Assembly: GCA_964016885.1 (NCBI GenBank)
Contig: OZ024763.1
Coordinates: 27,094,001 to 27,158,000, forward strand
Source of the DNA: Eledone cirrhosa
Lineage: Eukaryota
Length of the DNA: 64,000 bases
Direction of reading: 5' to 3'
Shown here piece after piece: positions 1 through 16,488 of the stretch (the first letter of the stretch is position 1; the number at the start of each line of letters is the position of its first letter). The notes under the pieces are model-generated. The model saw only the letters and a program-made list of their open reading frames with translations. It made no database searches and was not told the DNA's origin. The position numbers were made by a program, and so were the translations under genes.

Positions 1-129
1 CTCGTTTTTGCTCAACATTCGATACCAAAACAGGTTTCCTTTTTATACCTTCGTTGTACAAATATAATAATTAAAGTAGATATATATACAAGCCATGTAT
101 ATATATATATATATAGCTGCTTATTAACT

Positions 130-960
130 CTTTCCCGAAACATTTCTTCAAAATAAGGTAAGACATATCCCGAAAAATATTATAAGGTGTATCAATAATT
201 ATTCCATTTCAAACAATTTCTCATTTCAGTTTTCTTTAGAAATGTCTTGGCGTGGAAGATAGATACATTTGTCCTTCTCATAGTAATTAGCTTGTCTCAA
301 AATTGTTCGTATTGTTTCCATGTTTAGTGTCACAAACTATCGTTAATTCAAGATTCTGCTCTAATGTAATAAATGTTACTTTTAAAAGACTGAAGCTCTC
401 AATTTTTTCTTTCTCTTGTATATTGATATCTAAAGAATAACAAATGTATGTGTTTTGTGATAGGAGAAAAAAACCCACGGCCTTGTTTCCCCGCTATAGA
501 AGGCTAACTGACAATGTCGTTCGTAGGCGTGACAAGTACACAACAACAGTGATGGTCACCTCTACTGCCTTTTATATACCATGTTAACTGGAAAGACTTG
601 CCAAGTATGCATACACTCTCTCCTTATCAATATTGTCCGAGTCCGAGAACATTTTCTCCCTGGTTAAGGAGTGAGATAAAATATTAGGGATCAATCTCTA
701 GCAATAATTTAATTAAATTATATTTAACCAAAACTGTTATGTCGTCGTTGTTGTTATATTTTATAGTCGTGGTTTCAATGTTTATGAGGGGTTGTAGAAT
801 TAGTTTTATCTAATTATTATCAAACAAAAATGATGTATATATTGTCGTTGTACGTTGAAATCACATATATAGATTTATATACACACCAAGGATGGAGGGA
901 AGACGGAATTGAAAACCATTATTGCTGAGCACAACATTGTAGGATCAAATATAACACACA
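130..960 (-). repeat. Diverged duplicated segment, copy 1 (paralog of ~3960-4560); degenerate CR1-ORF2-like sequence with a TATA-like motif upstream on the minus strand
   Basis: Co-linear similarity blocks with 3960-4560, e.g. aaaatattataaggtgt/aaaatattgtaagatgt, tctttctcttgt, ctaactgaca, ctgccttttatatac/ctgctatttatatac, ttatgtcgtcgttgttg/ttatgtcgttgttgttg, gttgtacgttgaaat/gttgtacgttcaaat. Confidence 0.6.
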
Positions 961-990
961 CACAGACACACACACACATATATATATAAT

Positions 991-1949
991 CAGGTATGAC
1001 CATTGACGAATGTCCCTGCAGACCATCAGGTTGTAGGATGAAATCAACCCTAGAGAAATGATAAATTATATGAAGGTATATTTTATGGAAGCTCGAGAAG
1101 AATAAAAATGAAAGTGAACCATTTTGAATTAATATCATTGGGAAAGCCATGAAGGCCACTACATCAATTTTTCTTTTAATAGAAAGTAGGTTTATAAATT
1201 TTAATTTTGAGAGTATTTTTGTAGTTGTCTTGGTAGCCTATTGGTAGGTGTTGGGACAGTGGTGATGCTAGTCTGGGGTTCAATCTCAGTCAGGAATCTC
1301 TCGAGAAATTTAATTTTTTTAAATTTTTCATAAAATAAACAAAAAATAGCAGCTGTAGAAATCTGACTGAGATCGAACCCAAGACCAGTATCATCGCCAC
1401 CTCTAATACTTACCACTAGTCTACGGAGGCGGTTATAAAAACTTACTGAAAATAAATATTTATAAACCTACTTTTTCAATTTTTTATAAAAACAAAATTT
1501 CTTTACAAGGTTTTCATGTACACCTGACAGAGATCGAACCCCTAATCAATATTACCACTGTCTCTAATGTCTACCACTAGACCACTGAGACGGTTATGAA
1601 ATCGTAGTGAAAATTAATATTTATAAACTTACTTTTTAATGGTTTTTTATTTTAGAAGAGGTAAACTAAAACTTAATAATACCCATAATGTAGAACCAGA
1701 TAGAGATTGAACCCTAGACCAGGATTTCACCGTTTCTAATACATACCACTGGGCCAGAGAGAAGGTATTAATTCGTTCTGAAAATTAATATTTATAAAAT
1801 TACATTTTTTTCGGTTGAAAATTCGATGTAGTGGCGTTCATGGCTTTTTCGGGACGTCCTTGAATTCATAAATTAAATCTAGACTGTATTTCTCATTGCT
1901 CTAGGCTTGATTTTAACCTACAACTCCGTCTGCAATAATGTCATACCTC
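991..1949. mobile_element. Foldback/MITE-like element: long imperfect terminal inverted repeats enclosing four tRNA-like units
   Basis: Left arm (caggtatgac..tgcagacc..gttgtaggatgaaatcaaccctagag..aaagccatgaaggccactacatc) matches the reverse complement of ~1790-1949. Internal units with A-box/B-box-like motifs at 1229-1294(+), 1364-1432(-), 1524-1594(-), 1696-1765(-). Confidence 0.65.
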
Positions 1950-2751
1950 ATTTCAGCTTAGTACGTCGTACCCGTAAATTGTTAAACGTGGTTCCTATAT
2001 ATACATGCAAGTAAGATTTGAACCTACAATGCTGTGCTTAATTTCTATTAATATGTGTGTTTTATAAAATAAAGTAAAGAAACAATTTAATGAAAGTAAA
2101 AAATTTATTTTATTCAGGAATGTTTTTTTTTTAGTTTATGTATTCACTTCAATTAACTGCTGAATAGTTCTCTTGTTTTTGTTTGTTCTTACCATTGTTT
2201 ACTGTAAATGGTGACTGTGACGAGACTGGATTATTACCAAGTTTTACTGGATGATGGCATTTCCTTATTGTATTATTTTGTTGACAGTGCACATCGGGAC
2301 ATCTATCTAAATACCTGGGATAAACATAAGCTGTGTCTTTTACCTAACATTTCATTTTAATATCTGATGATCCAATGGATCACTTTTAAAATAAAACCAA
2401 TAAACAAAACTGGTAGACTCCATATAAGGAACCACAGAGGTGAGGTACAAATAATCTAAAATTAATAAAAAAAAAAACAAACAATATTTCAAGAAAGACA
2501 AATATTAGAAAATGATTTCCAACAAACACGTAAAGATAAAGACAATCACATCCACAATTTAATATCTGAAGATCAACATTTTTCACGATATAAATAAAAC
2601 AAAATATGTAAAGTTAAGTGACCTCTCATTTATTTGCTTCTAACTTTATTTTACTAATCTGTATTCTGTAGACATATATTTTCGTTGGTGTACATTACGA
2701 AAGTGTCGTCCCAGGTTCAAATTCCCTACAGTGCAGTCCACTTGGTTTGAC

Positions 2752-3010
2752 TCAACATCCATTATATTCTAAACTATCCATACATCTTATATCAGTTATA
2801 TTTATAACTTTAAAAGTATTTCCTTTGTTGTTTACTAAACGACTTGACAAAGTATTCCATTCACTAATTATGTCTTTCGAGTATTCCTTTTTAAACACAA
2901 TATATTTTATCGTCGGGAAAACTGTATTTCGAAGTTCATTTATCATTTTAAATATTTCTATCATGCCAAACGTTTAACTTAACTCCAGTGAACTTGCAAT
3001 TCTTAGGGTT
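2752..3010 (-). pseudogene. Degenerate 3' end of a CR1/L2-group LINE ORF2
   Basis: Translation MIEIFKMI...IISEWNTLSSRLV...NTFK resembles the CR1/L2 ORF2 C-terminal motifs (DMIEVFKI / VVNEWNSLP / INTFK). Confidence 0.55.
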
Positions 3011-3040
3011 TTATTTCTACATTGGAATAATCTACTAATA

Positions 3041-3177
3041 CAGTGAAATTCCGTTATAATGAAAAATTCCTAATAACGAGATAGACCGAAACAAATAGAA
3101 TGTTTGTTTGTTAATACCTCGGATTGTAAAAAAAAAAATTCGTTATAATCGTATTCGTTATAACGGAATTTTACCTG
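3041..3177. mobile_element. Small MITE with Tigger/pogo-like termini
   Basis: Left TIR cagtgaaattccgttataa preceded by TA; right end ttataacggaattttacctg is its imperfect reverse complement. Confidence 0.55.
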
Positions 3178-3179
3178 GA

Positions 3180-4060
3180 TTTATATTTTCAAGACTTTGC
3201 TTTTATCTAGAATAGTGTAGGCATATTCATAGATTTTATATATTTCTATCATACTACTTCTTAGCTTTATCTCTCCAAGAATAGTAATTCCTAGGTTTTA
3301 CATCTTTCGAAACAAAGATTTCTTAAGAGTTTTGGTTTTTCATGTTTCTCTGGATTCCTTCAATAGATTCTCTGTTATTTCGGAGGTCGGGTGACCAAAC
3401 CCCCAAACAATATTCGAAGTGGTATCTCACCATTTATTTAGCTAGGAAAAGGAGGTATATCTATCTGCTGTGTTTTCTTTAACACGTTTAACCACCATTA
3501 AATTTAAATGTATATATATATATATATATTCCCAATTCTTGGAGGAGGGGAATAAAAGACATTTTAACTTCATAATTCGAAGTTCTATATAGTTCTTTTG
3601 GTCATTCCATGAGAGTATCTTTGTCAGCCTGTGAAGGAGTGATGCTAGAGTTGTGAAATCTTACAAGCATTAATTGCAGCTCTTCATATTAATAACTACG
3701 TGTTTCTTTCCAGGGTCTATGTTGTATTATAAACCTCATGAGGTCATCCCATGAGAGTATCTTTGTCAGCCTGTGAAGGAGTGATGCTAGAGTTGTGAAA
3801 TCTTACAAGCATTAATTGCAGCTCTTCATATTAATAACTACGCGTTTCTTTCCAGGGTCTATGTTGTATTTACACTTCCCCAATCATTTTTTCTTGAAAA
3901 TAAACATATCTTAAAATCTGTGTCCGTTTCAATTAATTTTTCATTTCGTATTTATGTAGATTTGTTCTTGAAAATAAAGGTGTCGTACATCCCCCCCAAA
4001 ATATTGTAAGATGTCTCTGTAAAGGTTCCTTTCCAATTAATTTCTCCTTTCAGTACAATG
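3180..4060 (-). pseudogene. Old, heavily mutated CR1-group LINE ORF2 fragment
   Basis: Minus-strand remnants MVRYHFEYCLGVWSP (~3390-3435; cf. LVRPHLEYCxxVWSP) and SMIEIYKI (~3230-3260), interrupted by stops and frameshifts. Confidence 0.6.
3600..3870. repeat. ~142-bp tandem duplication
   Basis: ccatgagagtatctttgtcagcctgtgaagg...ccagggtctatgttgtatt occurs twice, nearly identical. Confidence 0.9.
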
Positions 4061-4560
4061 TATTGCTGTTGAATACTCAAATGAAATAAAATATCCTTTT
4101 CAAAAACTGACATTCTCGATTTAATTCTTTCTCTTGTGTATTGTTCTCTAATGGATAAAATCTGTTTTTGTAAGAGGTTGAAAAAACACGACCTTCTTTC
4201 CTCGCTGCACAATTCTAACTGACAGAGCGTTTAACATAAGCGGTGGTAAGTACTCAACAACGGTGAACATCACGTGTGAAGTCAGAACAAACTGCTATTT
4301 ATATACAGTGTTAATTGGAAAGCCGAAACATTGAGATAAAGTGACAGGGTTTCAATCTCTACAAAAAATTACACAGGGTTATTTTAAATCAGAAATTATT
4401 ATGTCGTTGTTGTTGCTGTAAATGTGTAGTCAGGGTTTCAATCCTTAGCAGGGTTTCTAGAATTACATTTATGTAATTATTAACAAATAAAAACAGATTT
4501 ATATAGCGTTGTAAAAGGAAAAAATGTTGTACGTTCAAATAAAACACACACACACACACA
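3960..4560 (-). repeat. Diverged duplicated segment, copy 2 (paralog of ~130-960)
   Basis: See copy 1; minus-strand TATAAATAG at ~4295-4303 corresponds to TATAAAAGG at ~568-576. Confidence 0.6.
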
Positions 4561-4563
4561 CAC

Positions 4564-4636
<73 letters not shown>

Positions 4637-4689
4637 ATAGGATTAAATATCGAAAAAATTATAATTTTGAAAATGTTCAAATTTTTCCC

Positions 4690-5120
4690 TTTTTCAATAT
4701 TGTAAATAGAGTGGTCGCGAGTTCGATTCTCAGCTAAGTTTTGGATTTGGTAAGATTCGAACCTGCGACCATTGTATTCACAATATCAAATAAAGGGCAA
4801 ATTTGACAAATTTCAAATTTTATACATTTTCAATATTGTAAATAGCGTGGTCGCAGTTTCGATTCTCAGCCAAGTATTTACAACTTTGAATACCTAAAAT
4901 TTTAGTGTGGTTTCGAATTCTAATTTTAAATACCCTGATCGCGTGTTCAAATCTGACCTAAGATTGGATATCGATATTTTAAATACCATGATCGCGTGTT
5001 CAAATCTGACCTAAGATTGTATATCGATATTTTAAATACCATGATCGCGTGTTCAAATCTGCCCTAAGATTGTATATCAATATTTTAAATACAATAGTCA
5101 ATGGTTCGATTCTTAACTAT
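4690..5120 (+). repeat. Array of short degenerate tRNA T-arm/B-box-like units, including 3 tandem ~53-bp copies
   Basis: tggtcgcgagttcgattc, tggtcgcagtttcgattc, 3x gatcgcgtgttcaaatctg(a/c)cctaagattg, aatggttcgattc, plus one inverted unit (ttcgaacctgcgacca). Confidence 0.6.
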
Positions 5121-5443
5121 GATTTTAAAGTGATTTTTTTAAATTATTGCAATTGAAATATAGATATTTAATTGATATACTAGGACTTTTCATTTATTTT
5201 TTCAATTATTTCTTTCGAGTCGATCGTCCTTAAATCTATTTAAACGTCTTTATTTTTCGGGAACATCTCGCTACTTTAATTCGACCTCTTCGCGATGCTA
5301 TTTAAAACGTTATTTCTTTGTAAACGCCTCAAGCAAAAAAATAGTACAACCAAAATAAATGAACACAGTTCGTATATAATTTTATTTCATTTTATTAAAC
5401 AGGAAAACTTACAAGGACTTATAGTGTTTATTATTTTACATTG

Positions 5444-5873
5444 ACCAGGTTGAAAGGACTGAAGACAGACACTTTTCTATTCGGCCAATCCCTCATCAAC
5501 TTTTTCAAGTTTCACTTGGAAAAGAAGGTGAGGGTGGAGAGAGAAGTGCTGTCCCCCAGTACATTTACTGAAAGGTGGGTGAATGTGGCGAGAAATGCCC
5601 GTGTGGCGAGAAATGCCTCTGATCATGCGCCTGTAGGTGGGAAAATTTGAGGAGGAGAGGGTTGCCCTTCGCTGGTTGTCTCGAAGCGTCGGGTCGTTCA
5701 GGATTGGTGGGGAACCATATGAACCCTGGGTGGTCATGCCCCCTATTAGGGAATTTTTCTTGTTACTTTGTTATTGTTATTTATATTGCTTACACGTTGT
5801 TTATGTAAACCCAATGTCCCAGTCTTTTGTATTGTCCCCTATATGTCGGCCCTTGTGGCCAATAAATGAAATC
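5444..5873 (+). mobile_element. 5'-truncated non-LTR retrotransposon (L1/Tx1-like 3' end) with a 14-bp target-site duplication
   Basis: Exact TSD attattttacattg at 5430-5443 and 5874-5887; ORF remnant LINFFKFHLEKKVRVEREVL..FTERW; AATAAA at 5861-5866. Clade assignment is by resemblance only. Confidence 0.7.
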
Positions 5874-5902
5874 ATTATTTTACATTGCAAAAACGAATAT
5901 AA

Positions 5903-6122
5903 TACGTCATTAATAGGAGCGGTGAAAAACAATTACACGCAAAAACAGAACCACGTTTATGGTATAAAAGAAGTCGTAGACTAATGTTCTCTTAGGTGGT
6001 GCATAGACGTTCTCTGGCAATGAACGGAAAAAATGAAGATAATACGTCATATGTGGAGCGTGGAGAACAATTGCACGCAAAGACAAAACCACGTAAATGG
6101 TATAGCTGAAGTCGTAGACTAA
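5903..6122. repeat. Diverged ~140-bp tandem duplication
   Basis: tacgtcat..ggagcg..aacaatt..cacgcaaa..aaccacgt..atggtata..gaagtcgtagactaa occurs twice. Confidence 0.75.
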
Positions 6123-6160
6123 AATTCTAACTAGGAAACCGAATGAATCTCCGCTTCAGA

Positions 6161-6403
6161 GTTAAGAATAAAGTAAATAGAATACAATACAGAGGTAATA
6201 GAAATTAAATAAATACATACACGCATGCAAATACGTACATACACAAGCATACGCGAAAACACTTGCCATGGGTATACAAAACCACGCACATATAAATATG
6301 TGTGTGTGTGTGTATGCTTGTGTATGTACGTATTTGCATGCGTGTATGTATTTATTTAATTTCTATTACCTCTGTATTGTATTCTATTTACTTTATTCTT
6401 AAC
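6161..6403. repeat. Perfect inverted repeat with 92-bp arms and a ~59-bp spacer
   Basis: 6161-6252 is the exact reverse complement of 6312-6403. Confidence 0.9.
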
Positions 6404-6790
6404 ATAAATAATTGAATAAACGTATATACATAAATAAATACGTATATAACAAGCGCACACACATACCTACATGTAAATTCACAAATGTTCGGAGACGTAC
6501 GTCAACCAAAACATGAAGTACACATATACACACACCCTACATACGTACGAACCCGCATACTCACACAGACGCAAAACTCCCGTATACACATAACCAAACC
6601 ATATGTACCAGAATATATAAAATTATACGCCATAACATATACAATCAAATATATGTACGAGAAAGTATACGTACCTTCACAAAACATACAGGTAATATAT
6701 ACTTACCTATGCAAATAAGTAATGGTATAAACATAACATACACTTAGCTACCACATCAAGACGTAAAATATCCATACGATCTATACGTGG

Positions 6791-6879
<89 letters not shown>

Positions 6880-7326
6880 ATAATAATAAATTTGAAGACT
6901 AAAATCCAAAGAGGGCTCGATAAGTCTATATAAGTTGCTTAAACTTTAATTTGTTATTTTAATAAATATATATATATATATTATATATATTATATATATA
7001 TATAATATATATATATTATATATATATTATATATATATATATATAATATATATATTATATATGTATTATATATGTATATATATAATATATATATTATATA
7101 TATATATATTATATATATATATATTATATATATATATATATTATATATATATTATATATATATATATTATATATATATTATATATATATTATATATATAT
7201 TATATATATTATATATATATTATATATATATTATATATATATATTATATATATATATTATATATATATATTATATATATTATATATATATATTATATATA
7301 TTATATATATATATTATATATATATA

Positions 7327-7369
<43 letters not shown>

Positions 7370-7418
7370 ATATATTATATATATATATATTATATATATA
7401 TTATATATATATATATAT

Positions 7419-7490
<72 letters not shown>

Positions 7491-7500
7491 TATATATAAT

Positions 7501-7532
<32 letters not shown>

Positions 7533-7571
7533 ATATATATATATAATATATATATATAATATATATATAAT

Positions 7572-7605
<34 letters not shown>

Positions 7606-7665
7606 ATATATATATATAATATATATATATAATATATATATATAATATATATATATAATATATAT

Positions 7666-7864
7666 AATTGTTTCTACTTTAGGCACAAGGCCAGCAATTA
7701 CCCAGTGCATTACTGGTACTTTATTTTATCGACCCCGTAAGGATGAAAGGCAAAGTCAATCCCGCCGAGGTTGACTTTGCCTTTCATCCTTACGGGGTCG
7801 ATAAAATAAAGTACCAGTAATGCACTGGGTAATTGCTGGCCTTGTGCCTAAAGTAGAAACAATT
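7666..7864. mobile_element. Hairpin made of two inverted 3' halves of the tRNA-derived SINE
   Basis: 94-bp arms 7666-7759 and 7771-7864 are exact reverse complements around the spacer tcccgccgagg; the sequence matches the SINE at 28596-28780. Confidence 0.9.
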
Positions 7865-7924
7865 ATATATATTATATATATATATTATATATATATATTA
7901 TATATATATATTATATATATATAT

Positions 7925-7956
<32 letters not shown>

Positions 7957-7977
7957 ATTATATATATTATATATATT

Positions 7978-8073
7978 GGTCTGTTGGAGACGCAGGACAT
8001 GGCAGCGATAATGAGGGTCAGAGACCGCTGGAGAGAACTCGTCCATGGATCTCGGGAATTTTACCCGCCTTAG
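7978..8073 (+). mobile_element. Short 3' fragment of an RTE-like LINE
   Basis: Translates GLLETQDMAAIMRVRDRWRELVHGSREFYPP*, like the RTE C-terminal (M/A)xDRxxWR motif; embedded in (TA)n. Confidence 0.5.
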
Positions 8074-8396
8074 ATAGATATATAATATATATATATATAT
8101 AATATATATATAATATATATATATATATAATATATATATAATATATATATATAATATATATATAATATATATATATATATTATAATATATATATATATTA
8201 TAATATATATATATATATTATATAAATATTATATATATTATATATATATATATTATATATATTATATATATATATTATATATATATATATTATATATATT
8301 ATATATATATATTATATATATTATATATATATATATAATATATATATATATATTATAATATATATATATATTATAATATATATATATATATAATAT

Positions 8397-8427
<31 letters not shown>

Positions 8428-8491
8428 ATATATATATAATACACATATATATATATAATGTATACATATATAATATATATACATATATAAT

Positions 8492-8523
<32 letters not shown>

Positions 8524-9174
8524 ATATAACAACATATGTATTTCCGTTGCGAAAGCAGGTGACACATGTGAAAGATTGTTAAAAATCTCCTTTCGTTTGG
8601 TTTGCCTCATGTTTTAAAAGTTGTTTATGTTCCTAGCGCGTTATGTCTGGTTTTCTGCATATTGTTTATGATCATTTGACGTTATGTATAAGATTTCATA
8701 CTGTTTATGATCTTTGTACATTATGCATGATACTCTGATGCTGTTTATGATTTTTACACGTTATATATATTATTCAAAGCAATAATACGTTTGATAGTAT
8801 GTTGATCGGTGTACCGTTAGGCTTGTTTTATGAGATTTTTATATTATATTTAATATTTTAAGCACGCACAAGAATAATTCTATGGAAATATGCATCGATC
8901 ATAAACTCGTCTTAATTTCGGCTTCGGAACATTTAAAAATACAACATGCCCTTCTAAAAGCTTAGTAGCCAAATATAATTTACTAATCAATATATCTTAT
9001 TTTTCCCATGGTTGCATTGATATAAGTTGGCCAAGTACGTGTAGTTATTTACTACACGCGGTGATTTTTGTTCATCCTTTAAAATCCATTTATCAAAATT
9101 ATTTCGTTTTCAGATTCTCTCTACCACTCACAATGTATGGTTATACACACATGCACGTGCACACACATGCACGT

Positions 9175-9259
<85 letters not shown>

Positions 9260-9524
9260 TATATATATATATGCGTTTTTGTGTGCACTTATGCGCATAT
9301 ATATATATATTTACACATATATAGACACATTCATATATATACACATTTATACACACATATATATACGCACACACGCATACACACACACATGTATATATAC
9401 ATACACATATATACATATATATATATATTTATATATATATACATATACCCATACATATATATATGCACACATATACACACATATATACATATATATATGT
9501 ACATACACACGCTCACACACCTGT

Positions 9525-9556
<32 letters not shown>

Positions 9557-9558
<2 letters not shown>

Positions 9559-9600
9559 TAATTCTGGCAATATTACACAAATATGACCCTCCCCAAGTAT

Positions 9601-9603
<3 letters not shown>
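9557..9603 (+). repeat. Inverted copy of the terminal ~47 bp of the PLE at 10633-11817
   Basis: attaattctggcaatattacacaaatatgaccctccccaagtataac is the reverse complement of ~10633-10680 with one mismatch. Confidence 0.85.
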
Positions 9604-9661
<58 letters not shown>

Positions 9662-9812
9662 ATTCATACGTCAGTACGAATGAGAAAATAATGGCATACG
9701 TGAATCCACCTTCGTCTGGTGTTTTATTTCACGATCCAAGGTCGATAGAGGCCATTACTGACAATAAACTCTATTATACAAATAGAATAGGGTGAGAAGC
9801 CATCTTTCCAGC

Positions 9813-10632
<820 letters not shown>

Positions 10633-11817
10633 GGTTATACTTGGGGAGGGTCATATTTGCGTAATATTGCCAGAATTAATAACAGAACACACTCACTGTT
10701 TGGTTGGTTTTCGCTTCTCGCTGTCTTTTATATCTGCGATCTAACTTACTCGGTCCTCAATGTTGCCATTGATTGACCGACGGTCAAAAATAATACAATA
10801 TAGACACAAACACATATATATAGTTTACATATTTTACATAAATCTTTCGTTGCACATCTGCAGCATCGTCAGTGGTGTTATATTCTTTGTTCCTCCTGTT
10901 GTGTTGTATGTCTACGCCATTTTTTATTCAGTCTGTCTATATATTTACTTATTTATTTGCTTGTTTGTTTATCTTATTTTATTTTGTCTTCTTTGCGCAT
11001 GCGTTTGCGTGTGTGCATAGTGTTATGTGTGCTGTGTGACTAGTGTGTATAGTGTTGTGTCTACTGGGTGACTAGTGTGTGTTTATGTGCTTGTTGTTAT
11101 TGTGCTTGTGTATGTATTTATTTATCTTATTTTATTTTATTTTATTTACTTATTTATACTTCTCTTAGGTCAGTGTTGTTTGTTTGGGTGTTGTTGTTGT
11201 TCCACTCATTCTTTCTGTTTAGCTTTGGTCTTCTAATTTCTATTTCACTGGCCTTTCTAATTTGCCTATCTGCTGGGTCATTCCTATGTTTAGATATTAT
11301 TCTAATTTCTATGTTGTCTATGTTACCGTCATGTTGTCTAGCATGTTCGTATAGTACTGACCCGTTTTTTCGTCCTTTTAGTTCCCCCCAGTGTTGGTAT
11401 ATCCTTTCACCTATGCTACGAGCTGTCTCACCTATCTATGTTGTTGTCATGTTTCTGCAAGTACCCTCTGTACATCTTATGCTATAGACTACGTTTCTAG
11501 TTTTACAGTTTATCCGGCGGTTCACCTTACATATGATACATTTCCTATTGGTACAGTGAGTTTTCTTAAAAGGGTAGGTTTTGCTGATCAGGGATTTTAT
11601 GGTGGTTCCTGGCTTTTCTACCACCTTTATTTTTAAGTGGGTCTTTCTCAGGGCCTTTCTACACTGGTTAGCTAATTTCCCTCCAGGGGTGGCGTCCACA
11701 AACATGACACTCTGATATCTCTGGTTGTCGTACCATGATGTGGCCTTCCCTATCTTATGTCTAGCCCTATCTAAGCTATTCCACTCCTGTATAGTGGGCA
11801 AATTCCTTTCATGTCCA
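10633..11817 (-). mobile_element. 5'-truncated Penelope-like retroelement (family A) with a hammerhead-bearing 3' pLTR
   Basis: GIY-YIG ORF remnant; 3' region homologous to 28986-29282; hammerhead-like core on the minus strand at ~10839-10872; (TA)n on both sides. Confidence 0.85.
11154..11801 (-). pseudogene. PLE linker, Zn-knuckle and GIY-YIG endonuclease fragment with a nonsense codon
   Basis: [74 protein letters not shown]; the Tyr of YIG is TAG at 11436-11438. Confidence 0.85.
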
Positions 11818-15696
<3,879 letters not shown>

Positions 15697-15844
15697 CGTA
15701 TTTAAGAAAGCCACAACAAAGCAAAGGGAAATCTCGAGGTAGGAAGTGAAATATAGATAGGAAAAACAGGTGAAAGTGAAAGTTGAGAGAGACAAAGATG
15801 AAAACAAAACAAAGGTAGAAGGGTTACCGTAGTAGAGATTTTAA

Positions 15845-15880
15845 TCCCAATATTTCGGGCTCACGCCCATCAACGGGGGA
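15845..15880 (-). ncRNA. Degenerate hammerhead-like motif in the PLE-B pLTR
   Basis: Minus strand: uccc CCGUUGA u gggc-guga-gccc GAAA uauu ggga. Stems I and II pair, but the core has two substitutions. Confidence 0.45.
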
Positions 15881-16488
15881 AAAGTTCCAAAAGGGGGGAA
15901 AACAGGCCAAGCGGAGAAAGTGTTGATGTCGTTAAGACAGGAATGCCGTTATGGGGAGAAAAATATTTAAAATTTAAACGAGGGAGAGAATGCGCGTGCG
16001 CGTGATAAGCTGTGGCAAAAGCTACTGACCAAATGGGTTAAATCAAGAGGGTGCGTTAGCGTGTGAAAGCCTTAAGATATGTGTATGTAAATATATATGT
16101 GTGTGTGACTGTGTGTGTATAGGTGTAAGTGTGTATGTGTGTGAGTGTGTGTGTGTGTGAAAGATAGTGGGCTGTAGAAGTTGGAAATCAAAGGGTGTGA
16201 AAGGTGGTAGGTTGTAAAATATGTGTGCGTGTATAAATATAGAAGTGTGTGTGTGTAAGCGTATGGGTATACATGTGTGTGTGTAACTGTGTATGTATAT
16301 GTGTGAGTGCGTTTGTGTGTGAAAGATAGTGGGCTGTAGAAGCTGGAAATCAAAGGGTGTGAAAGGTGGTAGGTTGTAAAAACATGTGTGCGTGTAAAAT
16401 ATAGAAGTGTGTGTGCATGCGTATGGGTATGCATATACGTGCGTGTGTGTGAATATAACAGGCCGTAGGCTGTGAATGGTCATTATGG

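Larger units (their letters stand above)
6797..8526. repeat. (TA)n microsatellite with TT/AA interruptions, hosting insertions
   Basis: Direct inspection. Confidence 0.95.

Noticed and set aside
1229-1765. Functional tRNA gene cluster
   Set aside because: The units are mutually diverged and no consistent acceptor or anticodon stems could be folded; they are treated as tRNA-derived repeats.
2190-2340. Possible small host exon (splice-like motifs on either strand)
   Set aside because: No recognisable protein and no partner exons; such motifs are expected by chance.
6890-6930. Hammerhead candidate ttgaagac..cgataag
   Set aside because: No GAAA core or pairing stems. The same applies to ctgaggagc at ~28843 and ctgatga at ~2364.
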